The position numbers and the translations under genes are program-made. Under the pieces are notes generated by a model that saw only the letters and a list, made by a program, of their open reading frames with translations, was not told where the DNA came from and ran no database searches. DNA of 64,000 nucleotides from assembly GCF_055900595.2 (NCBI RefSeq), contig NZ_CM148325.1. The stretch is one strand, 5' to 3'. Position 1 is the first letter of the stretch. Each line of letters starts with the position of its first letter. Shown here one piece after another: positions 24,358 to 35,206 of this stretch.

Positions 24358-25578
24358 TGTAGATTCAATTGGTCAACGCAACAGTTATGTGAAAACATGG
24401 GGTTGCAGAGGTTTTTTGAATGAGACGAACATTTACAGCAGAGGAAAAAGCCTCTGTTTTTGAACTATGGAAGAACGGAACAGGCTTCAGTGAAATAGCG
24501 AATATCCTGGGTTCAAAACCCGGAACGATCTTCACTATGTTAAGGGATACTGGCGGCATAAAACCCCATGAGCGTAAGCGGGCTGTAGCTCACCTGACAC
24601 TGTCTGAGCGCGAGGAGATACGAGCTGGTTTGTCAGCCAAAATGAGCATTCGTGCGATAGCTACTGCGCTGAATCGCAGTCCTTCGACGATCTCACGTGA
24701 AGTTCAGCGTAATCGGGGCAGACGCTATTACAAAGCTGTTGATGCTAATAACCGAGCCAACAGAATGGCGAAAAGGCCAAAACCGTGCTTACTGGATCAA
24801 AATTTACCATTGCGAAAGCTTGTTCTGGAAAAGCTGGAGATGAAATGGTCTCCAGAGCAAATATCAGGATGGTTAAGGCGAACAAAACCACGTCAAAAAA
24901 CGCTGCGAATATCACCTGAGACAATTTATAAAACGCTGTACTTTCGTAGCCGTGAAGCGCTACACCACCTGAATATACAGCATCTGCGACGGTCGCATAG
25001 CCTTCGCCATGGCAGGCGTCATATCCGCAAAGGCGAAAGAGGTACGATTAACATAGTGAACGGAACACCAATTCACGAACGTTCCCGAAATATCGATAAC
25101 AGACGCTCTCTGGGGCATTGGGAGGGCGATTTAGTCTTAGGTACAAAAAACTCTCATATAGCCACACTTGTAGACCGAAAATCACGTTATACGATCATCC
25201 TTAGACTCAGGGGCAAAGATTCTGTCTCAGTAAATCAGGCTCTTACCGACAAATTCCTGAGTTTACCGTCAGAACTCAGAAAATCACTGACATGGGACAG
25301 AGGAATGGAACTGGCCAGACATCTAGAATTTACTGTCAGCACCGGCGTTAAAGTTTACTTCTGCGATCCTCAGAGTCCTTGGCAGCGGGGAACAAATGAG
25401 AATACAAATGGGCTAATTCGGCAGTACTTTCCTAAAAAGACATGTCTTGCCCAATATACTCAACATGAACTAGATCTGGTTGCTGCTCAGCTAAACAACA
25501 GACCGAGAAAGACACTGAAGTTCAAAACACCGAAAGAGATAATTGAAAGGGGTGTTGCATTGACAGATTGAATCTACA
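24358..25578 (+). mobile_element. IS30, complete (1221 bp)
   Basis: Left IR TGTAGATTCAATTGGTCAACGCAAC, right end ...GATTGAATCTACA, intact 383-aa transposase. Confidence 0.9.
24420..25571 (+). CDS. IS30 transposase
   Basis: 383-aa ORF MRRTFTAEEKASVFELWKNGTGFSEIANILG... Confidence 0.9.
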   Translation: MRRTFTAEEKASVFELWKNGTGFSEIANILGSKPGTIFTMLRDTGGIKPHERKRAVAHLTLSEREEIRAGLSAKMSIRAIATALNRSPSTISREVQRNRGRRYYKAVDANNRANRMAKRPKPCLLDQNLPLRKLVLEKLEMKWSPEQISGWLRRTKPRQKTLRISPETIYKTLYFRSREALHHLNIQHLRRSHSLRHGRRHIRKGERGTINIVNGTPIHERSRNIDNRRSLGHWEGDLVLGTKNSHIATLVDRKSRYTIILRLRGKDSVSVNQALTDKFLSLPSELRKSLTWDRGMELARHLEFTVSTGVKVYFCDPQSPWQRGTNENTNGLIRQYFPKKTCLAQYTQHELDLVAAQLNNRPRKTLKFKTPKEIIERGVALTD

Positions 25579-26473
25579 ACAGCGTATTTTGCACAGGAGT
25601 CGCTGAAAAATACGCGTTAATCGAACAATGGCGACAACAATTTCCCATTGAAGCGATGTGTCAGGTATTTGGTGTATCCAGGAGCGGTTATTACAACTGG
25701 GTACAGCATGACCCCTCAGACAGAAAACAAAGTGATGAGCGGCTAAAACTGGAGATTAAGGTGGCACATATCAGCACTCGCGAAACATATGGAACCCGCG
25801 GCTCCAGACGGAGCTGGCAGAGAATGGCATCATCGTTGGTCGTGACCGACTGGCACGTCTTCGTAAGGAGCTAAGGCTACGCTGTTAGCAGAAACGCAAG
25901 TTCAGAGCGACTACGAACTCGAGCCACAATCTGCCAGTTGCGCCAAATCTGCTGAACCAGACGTTCGCTCCTACAGTACCAAATCAGGTCTGGGTGGCGG
26001 ACCTGACGTATGTTGCCACACAGGAGGGATGGTTGTACCTCGCTGGCATCAAAGATGTTTATACGTGCGAAATTGTCGGCTACGCCATGGGAGAGCGCAT
26101 GACAAAAGAGCTGACAGGTAAAGCCATGTTTATGGCGCTCAGGAGCCAGCGCCCACCTGCCGGGCTAATCCACCACTCCGATCGAGGTTCACAGTACTGC
26201 GCATACGATTACCGGGTCATCCAGGAGCAGTTTGGTCTGAAAACATCAATGTCGCGTAAAGGTAACTGTTACGACAACGCTCCGATGGAAAGCTTCTGGG
26301 GAACGCTGAAAAATGAGAGCCTGAGCCACTATCGTTTTAATAGCCGGGATGAGGCCATCTCAGTAATACGGGAATACATTGAGATTTTCTACAATCGTCA
26401 GCGTCGTCACTCTCGTCTGGGGAATATCTCCCCGGCAGCCTTCAGGGAAAAATATCATCAGATGGCTGCTTAA
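25579..26473 (+). pseudogene. IS3-family OrfB remnant (frameshifted)
   Basis: ORFs 25656-25874 and 25994-26473 carry rve-domain motifs (HSDRGSQY, YDNAPMESFW) in different frames. Confidence 0.6.
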
Positions 26474-26965
26474 AAAAAGAACAAATGGTAGTGTCCGCTA
26501 TTGCCAGTACACCTCAGGATGCCGTCCGTCTCTTCTGCCGCTGGCCGCAGTTGCCTGCGTTTATGCTTCATTAATCATCATCGGGTTCGGATGTCCTAAT
26601 CACGGTTAATTATGTTCGGCCCTTCATGCTGCCGGTTTTGCAGCGCTACTACGGCGTCGGTAGCACACTGGCAGAGCGGCAGATCTCCCGGGGTAATTCG
26701 CACGACTTTCCTGCTTATGCCTGTCGGCTGTACGTCACCGCGTTCCGTGTGAGTATTGGGCTTTGGTGATTTGTGCCGCCTTAGCCGCTTCCTGTTCGTC
26801 AGGCCAGCATTTTGCATCCGGCTTCCTTCAGATTTCACCTCGCGATGAACATCCTTGCCTTCCGCTAACATTTCCCCTCACCGGGTGTTTGGAGAACTTT
26901 CACCTCTTAGTCGTTCTTCAGCCACCACAGTTGAAGAACAGCGCCAGTCACGGCGCACACAAAAA

Positions 26966-27006
26966 ACGCGTAGTGAATACACTACGCGTCAGACTTTTTA
27001 TTTTTG
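26966..27006 (-). terminator. Palindromic, probably bidirectional rho-independent terminator downstream of dehydrogenase gene
   Basis: 10-bp stem ACGCGTAGTG/CACTACGCGT flanked by A5 and T-rich run. Confidence 0.55.
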
Positions 27007-27016
27007 TTAATTATAA

Positions 27017-28042
27017 TTAAATGAATTTCACGTTAATTTTCAGATAGCGTTCCGGAAATTGATCTAACTCTTTTACAGCCTCAGGAACTTCATCTATTGT
27101 CACGACTTTGCTCACGATATCAGCCGGATTAATATTCAGCGTTGATAACATTTGCAGGGCTTCTTCAAATTCACCGGCACTGGTACGGGAACCACGTAAA
27201 TCTAGTTCTTTAAAGGTAATTAGATTAGTTGGTAACGATGTTTCCTGCTTTGGCCAACCAGTATAGGCTATACGCCCTGCAAATGAGGCCAGATCCAGGG
27301 TACTTCTGATTGCGCTATTTGCACCAGAGGCTTCCACCACAACCTGAGCCATCCTCCCTTGTGTAATATCTTTCACTGCCTCAATAACATTAGCTTTTGC
27401 GGAGTTTACTACATAAGGTACGCCGAGCGATTTCGCGTATTGCAACCGTTCATCGACAATATCAACCAGAATGGGAGTTGCTTTATAGTTCAACGAACTC
27501 AGGGCCGCCATAAGTCCAATAGCGCCTGCACCAATAATGACGACATGTTCACCTGCTTTCAATTGTGCTCGATGTAATGCGTGTAGGGCAATAGTTAAGG
27601 GTTCAGCCAGTGGCGCCATCTCTGACGGTACATTGTCAGGAATTTTGTGAATTAAGTGAGCCGGATGCGAAACCACTTCTTGCATAGCGCCATCAATATG
27701 TACGCCGATGACTTTTAAGTTCTCGCAGCAATTAGTTCTACCTACAGAACATGGATAACAGTGACCGCAATAAACATAGGGATCTACAATAACCCGGTCG
27801 CCCTGTTTGATATTTTGTGGTACCCCCTCACCGGTTTCCAGAACAATCCCGGTGACTTCATGTCCAATAATTCTCGGATAAGTTACCAGTGGGTTAGTAC
27901 CACGAAATGCACCGATGTCAGAACCACAAATTCCCGCTGCATCCACTTTAATTAAAACTTCATTATCTTTTCTTACTGGATAATCGACCAGACGGGTAGC
28001 AATTTCACCAGGTTTATTGATGTACACAGCTTTGACTTTCAT
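27017..28042 (-). CDS. Zn-dependent medium-chain dehydrogenase/reductase (sorbitol/threonine dehydrogenase-like)
   Basis: 341-aa ORF, catalytic Zn motif GHEVTG, structural-Zn Cys cluster CGHCYPCSVGRTNCC, Rossmann GAGAIG. Confidence 0.85.
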   Translation of the reverse strand: MKVKAVYINKPGEIATRLVDYPVRKDNEVLIKVDAAGICGSDIGAFRGTNPLVTYPRIIGHEVTGIVLETGEGVPQNIKQGDRVIVDPYVYCGHCYPCSVGRTNCCENLKVIGVHIDGAMQEVVSHPAHLIHKIPDNVPSEMAPLAEPLTIALHALHRAQLKAGEHVVIIGAGAIGLMAALSSLNYKATPILVDIVDERLQYAKSLGVPYVVNSAKANVIEAVKDITQGRMAQVVVEASGANSAIRSTLDLASFAGRIAYTGWPKQETSLPTNLITFKELDLRGSRTSAGEFEEALQMLSTLNINPADIVSKVVTIDEVPEAVKELDQFPERYLKINVKFI

Positions 28043-29303
28043 TGACTTTCAATCCTTTATTTTTAACAAAAATGAATACCAGCAGACTTGAAATGATTGC
28101 TATGGCACCTGCAAGATAGAATGCGTAATCATATTTACCACTGAACTGGACAATAAAACCGGTTACCAATGGACCAATAATGCCGGAAATATTTGCCAGA
28201 CCGTGCATCGCACCGCCTACGCTACCTACTTTATCTTTATGCACTACATCCTGAATAACAGCCCAATAAATAGGTCCAGTTAGATAAAGCAGGAATAAGG
28301 AAACAGACATCAGCGTAATCGCACTACCAATAGAGGTAACAGTTCCGGAAACAGCGACACAAACCGCGGCCCCCGCAAGGCAACTGCCGAGAATTAAACG
28401 GCGAGAAAGTAAGGCATTTCCCGTAATACGATAAATAAAGTCAGAGCAGACGCCACCTAACACCATGCCAATTGCCCCAATAAACCACGGGATAACAGTT
28501 GCAATACTAATTTCTTTAATATCAATGTGTAATGAATGATTCAAATAGCTTGGAAACCAAGTAAGAAAGAAAAATAGAATATAGTTATAGCTAAAAAATG
28601 CCAGCGTGGTCGCCCATACCATCGGCTGCTTCATGTAATAACCAAGCGAAGGTGTACCTTTACCATCTTCGGCTAGAATAATATCGTCATGGTTTTCGAA
28701 ATCGACACGTTCTTCCGCTGCCAGACGTTTACTTTTTGACGGTTTATCACTGACAAAGAAGTACCACAGTAATACCCAAACTAGGCCAAATATAAATATG
28801 ATCCCAAACGCCGGACGCCAGCCAAGTGATATTGCCAGCAAGCCAACGACCGGACCAGAAATAGCGCCACCAAGTGGTGAACCAGCACTAAAAATACCGA
28901 TAGCTGTTGCCGACTCTTTACGCGAGATCCAGTTATTAATAATTTTATTTCCTGCTGCACTAACCGGGCCCTCTGCCATACCAAATAAAACACGTACGGC
29001 AAGCATTGTCCATAATCCGGTGACCAGACCGGTCATACCACAAAAAACAGACCACAACAGTGCAGCAACCAAAAATACTGTTTTGGGTCCAACTTTGTCA
29101 CTGGCCCAACCGCCAATGAAGTTAAATAAAGCATAACCAACGAAAAATGCGCTGAAAATCATCCCCATTTCAGCAGCATTAAAGCCTAACTCTTTTTCGA
29201 TAAGTGGGGCCGTAATCGATAATGCAGAACGATCCATATAGTTCAGCATGTAAACTATAAACAGAAGAAAAACGATAATCCACCCCATGGTTTTTCTTTT
29301 CAT
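28014..29303 (-). CDS. MFS transporter, anion:cation symporter type (sugar acid / hexuronate-like)
   Basis: 429-aa 12-TM ORF; stop overlaps dehydrogenase start. Confidence 0.8.
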   Translation of the reverse strand: MKRKTMGWIIVFLLFIVYMLNYMDRSALSITAPLIEKELGFNAAEMGMIFSAFFVGYALFNFIGGWASDKVGPKTVFLVAALLWSVFCGMTGLVTGLWTMLAVRVLFGMAEGPVSAAGNKIINNWISRKESATAIGIFSAGSPLGGAISGPVVGLLAISLGWRPAFGIIFIFGLVWVLLWYFFVSDKPSKSKRLAAEERVDFENHDDIILAEDGKGTPSLGYYMKQPMVWATTLAFFSYNYILFFFLTWFPSYLNHSLHIDIKEISIATVIPWFIGAIGMVLGGVCSDFIYRITGNALLSRRLILGSCLAGAAVCVAVSGTVTSIGSAITLMSVSLFLLYLTGPIYWAVIQDVVHKDKVGSVGGAMHGLANISGIIGPLVTGFIVQFSGKYDYAFYLAGAIAIISSLLVFIFVKNKGLKVNESQSCVHQ

Positions 29304-29539
29304 GATATTTCCTCTTATTGTGGTCTAGCGGCCTGACCACAATATTTAATATTTATTTTTAGATCATCATAAAAAGAAGGGTTTTGTGATCAATATAACA
29401 AAAATGGGATAACCAGTGTTCAATAACAATTATAATCACTCTCTAGTTGTATGATTTTATTTACTCTATTTTGAGTGATTAATATGTAAGACAGTATGAC
29501 TTTCCGGGAGAGAGGCTCTGATCAACGTGGTAGCTTTAA

Positions 29540-29945
29540 CGCGGGTTAGCACCAAGGCCAGTACCGCATAGGTTAGCTGGCGCTAGCCGATGTGGCTGAC
29601 AAATGGGAGCTTCGTCAGTTCAAAGAAACGCCGGAACAGCGCTTCGCGCTGGAGCAGGAACATCTGCAGCCGTTACCGGATACAGACTTCGATACCAGTT
29701 ACTTCGACATCCGCCATGTGTCCTGGGACCCGCTATAACGAAGTTGGAGGTAATCAGTACAGCGTTCCCGAAATGCTGTGTGGTCAGCCAGTCTCGATAC
29801 GAATATCGCTGAACGATGAGTTGCGGATCTACAGTAATGAGAAACTGGTGGCCTCACATCGCCTCTGCTCAGTGTCGTCTGGCTAGCAGATAGTACCGGA
29901 ACCTCACGCCCCGCTCTGGCAGCAGATCAGTCAGGTGGAACATCG
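29540..29945 (+). pseudogene. IS21-family IstA C-terminal fragment (frameshifted)
   Basis: Frames read EQRFALEQEHLQPLPDTDFDTSYFDIRHVSWDP and YSVPEMLCGQPVSIRISLNDELRIYSNEKLVASHRL. Confidence 0.5.
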
Positions 29946-29982
29946 ACCACTGAGTGCCTATGAGGAGCTGTTGTGATGCATG

Positions 29983-30423
<441 letters not shown>

Positions 30424-30535
30424 TAAATTATACCCCAAAAGTAACTTGATACGGGGTGAAGGCGGTTGGCCTCTGGTTACAAAGAAATCCTGATATATAA
30501 GGGATTAGAGGGGGTTTTGTTGACGTCGGGAGAGT

Positions 30536-31020
30536 TCAGAAGAGGCATGTTGGCGGAAGATCACAGATGGTGACCAGCTTGGCATTAAAGTGGTTATAGG
30601 CATAAAAGCGCACACCAAATACCCAGGGTTTCAGCAAGGGATTATTGGTCGGGATCTGCCGGTGGTGTCCTGCTAATACCCGGCTGGCCGTTTCATCATA
30701 AAATTCAAGCAGTTCAATGATGTCTTTAACTGTCGTGGGAGGAAAATCCTCGCATTCACGTATTACAGCCGACATGACTTTACCAGATACCCGGGAAATA
30801 TGGCCTTCAGCAATCTTACGTATCAAGCTTTCCGTACATGGCGGTCAGGATGAATGACATTTTGCAATTCTGCGATATATGGTGCCAGAAGCTGGCTAAA
30901 AACACGCTTCTCTTCATGACTGGCAAGGCCATAGCACGACATGTACTTGTCAGCTAAGCTGACCAAATACTGTGCTGAGTTCCGACCAGTTATGGTAGTT
31001 ATAACGTAATGCCACTGCAT
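30536..31020 (-). pseudogene. Hypothetical gene divergent from the three-gene operon, apparently frameshifted (two adjacent ORFs)
   Basis: ORFs 30823-31020 and 30536-30826 abut in different frames; no recognised domain. Confidence 0.25.
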
Positions 31021-31576
31021 CCCGGGCGTAGCTTAGATTGATATTGAGCGACCGTGAAAGGTATTTGGCGTGGGCTTTTGCTTCAGCGCATGTGGGGATT
31101 TGTTTCATGGTTTAAGTCTCTTATCTGTCCTATGTGCTCACGAATCATAAGAATCAAAGACACTTAACCAAAAAAGATTTGATAAGTCTGCGCTGCATTC
31201 CGCTTTGGCCGTGAGCTGCCGGGTCGCGCTAACCTTGTGCTTAACGTATTGGAAAGTAGCACCATTGTCAACAGAGCCATTGACCCTGCCGGGCTAACAG
31301 AGAGGTTAGACATGAAGCGAGGTGCGATGCTGGCAGGCATCAGGTGAGGGGCTGATACCACACTTCTGCCATGGTTTCTGAATTATCAATGTCCGCTTTT
31401 GGGCATAGACGAGATTCATGCTCGGCAGGGACCGTAGCAAGCGAAAAGCGGAGGTTCGGGAAGGTTGTGATTTGCTTTTAACCTTTGTAATTTAGAAGTA
31501 TTATTTTAAGATTAATCCACTTCCCATCGTCATCCTTTCGGTGTTCGTGAAAAGCTATTTTTAAGGTTATTGCCTC

Positions 31577-33886
31577 ATGGAGTTATGGATATTTATAGTA
31601 GCGATTTATTTGATTTATATTCTTTTTTTCAAAAAGAAGAAAACTAAGTCCGCGGGCTCTTATACTTCCGCTCCTGTGAAAGCACCACCTAAAGAATGGC
31701 TTGCTAATAACAAAAAAAATCAGTCTGTAATGCACAACGAGGACAGCGAAGATGACAATCTGGCTACGTTTACACTAAGTGGCGGGCGGAATGCCGAATA
31801 CAGTATAACAGCCACTCAACGCCAGAATTTCTCAAAAACTACCGGTGCTTTGGCTCGCTGGATTTTACCGGGGGAGGTGATCACAGTCGGTGGGGTAGAG
31901 GTTACCGGCGGCTACTTCTATCTTGGACAGCGAATGAACCCTGTCGGGCATAACTCAGGCGGTTATTATGATGATAGTAGCGAGGCATCGCTAATTGACG
32001 ACACGCTCAAGATATACCCCACATCTTACATCTACGAAGATAGTTCATTAGGGTATTGGCCCAGTTATTCCTCACTTTCACCTGAAGCACGTGGCGCGTA
32101 CCTGAGTTGGCTTACCAGCGACAGATGTGACACTTCTTGCCCAATTGGTTACGTTTTTATTTATCTGTATGGTCTGGAAAGACGGGCGCTTGTTGACAGC
32201 AGGGACAGCAATATATCTGACGATGAGTTCTATTCTCTTTTCAAAGAGATCTGCCGTCTCAGATCTGTTTTCAATGAAAACAGATCATTCCGGAACTACT
32301 CGTCCCAGTTACTTGAAGCGATGTCCATTCTTCGTCCGAACGAAAATCTTGCAGCAGCTCTCAGCGATGATTCAGAGTTCAGCAATAGCATGCAGTTCAG
32401 GTTAATCCTGGCAAAGACTGTTGATGCAGGAGCCCCGGTTCCAGCGGATCTGGCTCTGACGTGGGTGACAAACCATACTGAATACTCATTACGAACCCCC
32501 GCCCGCCGCTGTGCGAAAGAATTTGCTGCACTATTTAAACGGCGTTACACCCTTAAATACGGTGAAGGGATGGTAGTGAAGCCGAATAAAGCGCGTCTGC
32601 GTTTAGATTACACGCCTGCAAGTCCCAGTTTGAGAGGTATTCGGCTTCCTGTTCCTGACTTGCCTGATCCAAGTGCATTGAAAGGCCCTGTTCAGAAGCT
32701 TATGACTCTTGCTGATATATGCACAGGTGAACTGGATGCTTACAGTCGTTACCTTGGTAGAAAAGGCACTTCAGCAAATGATACCGTTGCAATTTTGTTG
32801 CTGCCTTCAGAAATCGTTAACGAAAGCGCAGATAAAATATTAAGTGCATTCAAACGCTGGGCTGATGACGCGATCCTCAGTAAGGGGGGAGTAGTTTCAG
32901 TTGCTGACTTCTGGTCACACATGAATGCTACCTGTCCGGCAAAGATCAACAAAAAAGAGGCCGACTTGATGCAGGCCTTTGCACAGAAAATGGGGTACTG
33001 CCTGGCTCCTGACCCCTATTACCACCACGTAAAAGCAGATGTCGATGGTGTTCTTGTTTTATTCCCTGCTGGTGAAAGTGGCCGCTTCTCTCCTTCTCCT
33101 GAATTTATCACAGCTGTATTGACGCTCCGATTAGGTTCGGTAGTCGCCTTGATTGACAATTCTTTCGATCAAGCCGAACAGAAAGTGCTTGAGAATGCCA
33201 TCAACAACAATGTCAGCTTCAGCGATGATGAAAAGCGCTCTCTGCACGCATATTTAACGTGGCAGCTTCATACCCCGGCGAATATGACGGGAATGAAAAG
33301 CCGGATTGAATTACTCGGTGCAGCGGAAAAATCAGCTGTGGGTAAGGTTATCGTTAGTGTCGCTTGCTCTGACGGCAGAATTACGCCTGCCGAAATCAAA
33401 CAGCTTGAGAAGATTTATACAAGCCTGGGGTTGGATCCCTCATCCGTATCAAGCAATATCCATCAGCATTCCGTAACTGAAACTGCTCTCGTTTCATCTG
33501 TACCAGCTAATCAGTCGACGGCAGGGTTTACGCTGGATGCCAATGTACTTGCCCGCCACGAATCTGCCACTGATGATGTTCGTAAATTACTGAACTCGAT
33601 TTTCACTGAAGAAGAACCAGAACAACCAGAAAGCGCTCCAGCCTCATTAACCGGGGAAGGGGGGCTTGACTCCGCTCATAGCCAACTTTATCGCAGGTTG
33701 CTGGAGAAAGAACAATGGTCCAGAAAAGAGGCGACAGAGTTGTGTAGTAACTGGAACCTGATGCTCGGCGGTGCGCTTGAGGTGATTAACGATTGGTCCT
33801 ATGCGGTGGTTGATGCACCAGTGCTGGAAGATGCTGATGATCACATTTGGGTTGACCTGGAAATAGCCAAAGAATTAGAGGGTTAG
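31577..33886 (+). CDS. sngA: TerB-domain protein with N-terminal transmembrane helix (Shango SngA-like)
   Basis: 769-aa ORF; hydrophobic N-terminus, TerB-like region (VIVSVACSDGRITPAEIKQLEKIYTSLGLD) and acidic C-terminal domain; first gene of tightly coupled operon. Confidence 0.7.
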   Translation: MELWIFIVAIYLIYILFFKKKKTKSAGSYTSAPVKAPPKEWLANNKKNQSVMHNEDSEDDNLATFTLSGGRNAEYSITATQRQNFSKTTGALARWILPGEVITVGGVEVTGGYFYLGQRMNPVGHNSGGYYDDSSEASLIDDTLKIYPTSYIYEDSSLGYWPSYSSLSPEARGAYLSWLTSDRCDTSCPIGYVFIYLYGLERRALVDSRDSNISDDEFYSLFKEICRLRSVFNENRSFRNYSSQLLEAMSILRPNENLAAALSDDSEFSNSMQFRLILAKTVDAGAPVPADLALTWVTNHTEYSLRTPARRCAKEFAALFKRRYTLKYGEGMVVKPNKARLRLDYTPASPSLRGIRLPVPDLPDPSALKGPVQKLMTLADICTGELDAYSRYLGRKGTSANDTVAILLLPSEIVNESADKILSAFKRWADDAILSKGGVVSVADFWSHMNATCPAKINKKEADLMQAFAQKMGYCLAPDPYYHHVKADVDGVLVLFPAGESGRFSPSPEFITAVLTLRLGSVVALIDNSFDQAEQKVLENAINNNVSFSDDEKRSLHAYLTWQLHTPANMTGMKSRIELLGAAEKSAVGKVIVSVACSDGRITPAEIKQLEKIYTSLGLDPSSVSSNIHQHSVTETALVSSVPANQSTAGFTLDANVLARHESATDDVRKLLNSIFTEEEPEQPESAPASLTGEGGLDSAHSQLYRRLLEKEQWSRKEATELCSNWNLMLGGALEVINDWSYAVVDAPVLEDADDHIWVDLEIAKELEG

Positions 33887-33889
33887 TGA

Positions 33890-35206
33890 ATGTCTGTAAC
33901 ACGTATAAGAGTGAAAGAGCGCGACGCTATTATTCAGTCACTTAAGTCGGGAGTAACGCCAAGGATAGGTATTCAGCATATCCAGGTTGGCCGCGTGAAT
34001 GAGATAACCGCCCTCCATCAGGATATTGAACGGATTGCTGATGGCGGGGCAAGCTTCAGACTTATCATTGGTGAGTATGGTTCCGGCAAAACGTTCTTTT
34101 TAAGTGTTGTACGGTCTATTGCGTTAGAGAAAAAGCTGGTCACGGTCAGTGCAGACCTTTCTCCCGACAGACGTATTCACTCATCGGGAGGTCAGGCTCG
34201 TAATCTCTACTCAGAGCTTATGAAAAATATGTCCACCAGAAACAAACCAGATGGCAATGCATTACTTAGCGTTGTGGAAAGGTTTGTTACTGAGGCAAGG
34301 AAGGAAGCTGATGCGAACGGCTCCCAGGTCTCATCCGTTATTCATAAACGCCTTGCTGCTTTGTCAGATATGGTGGGTGGATATGACTTTGCGAAGGTCA
34401 TTGACGCATTCTGGCGCGGGCATGAGCAGGATAACGAAACCTTAAAATCCAATGCTATTCGCTGGTTGCGGGGCGAGTACACCACAAAAACTGATGCCCG
34501 TAATGATCTTGACGTCCGAACGATTATCTCAGACGCCTCGTTCTATGACTCTTTGAAGTTGATGAGCCTTTTTGTCCGTCAGGCAGGCTATGCCGGACTT
34601 TTAGTTAGCCTCGACGAGATGGTGAACCTCTTCAAGTTGAATAATACGCAAGCGAGAACGGCCAACTACGAACAAATTTTGCGGATCCTGAATGACTGCC
34701 TGCAAGGCTCCGCCGAAAATATTGGTTTTATCCTCGGGGGGACGCCAGAGTTTCTTTTCGATCCACGTAAGGGGCTCTACAGCTATGAAGCGCTCCAGTC
34801 GCGTCTGGCAGAAAATCGATTCGCACAGAAAGCTGGCGTGATTGACTACTCGTCTCCCACGCTACATCTTGCCAGCCTCACTCCTGAGGAACTGTATATT
34901 TTACTGAAAAATCTTCGTCATGTTTATGCTGGTGGAGATCCCGCAAATTATCTGGTGCCAGATGAGGCTCTGACCGGGTTTCTGCATCACTGCAGCAAAA
35001 CCATCGGAGATGCTTACTTTCGAACTCCCCGCAATACCATAAAAGGTTTTCTGGATATGCTGGCTGTGCTGGAACAAAACAGTACGATGAACTGGCAAGC
35101 TCTCATTGAGGGGGTGGCGATTGAAGAAGACAAGCCCAGCGATATGGGGGATGCCATTGTGGAGGAAAGTGATGACGATGATGGCCTGGCGAATTTCAGA
35201 CTATGA
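33890..35206 (+). CDS. sngB: P-loop ATPase (Shango SngB-like)
   Basis: 438-aa ORF, Walker A GEYGSGKTF, Walker B LLVSLDEM; starts 3 nt after previous stop. Confidence 0.7.
   Translation: MSVTRIRVKERDAIIQSLKSGVTPRIGIQHIQVGRVNEITALHQDIERIADGGASFRLIIGEYGSGKTFFLSVVRSIALEKKLVTVSADLSPDRRIHSSGGQARNLYSELMKNMSTRNKPDGNALLSVVERFVTEARKEADANGSQVSSVIHKRLAALSDMVGGYDFAKVIDAFWRGHEQDNETLKSNAIRWLRGEYTTKTDARNDLDVRTIISDASFYDSLKLMSLFVRQAGYAGLLVSLDEMVNLFKLNNTQARTANYEQILRILNDCLQGSAENIGFILGGTPEFLFDPRKGLYSYEALQSRLAENRFAQKAGVIDYSSPTLHLASLTPEELYILLKNLRHVYAGGDPANYLVPDEALTGFLHHCSKTIGDAYFRTPRNTIKGFLDMLAVLEQNSTMNWQALIEGVAIEEDKPSDMGDAIVEESDDDDGLANFRL

Larger units (their letters stand above)
24041..26520 (+). mobile_element. 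IS3-family element carrying a complete IS30 insertion inside orfA; right boundary approximate
   Basis: OrfA MPMSGKRYPEEFKIEAVKQVVDRGYS... interrupted at 24357; OrfB-like rve fragments 25579-26473. Confidence 0.65.
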
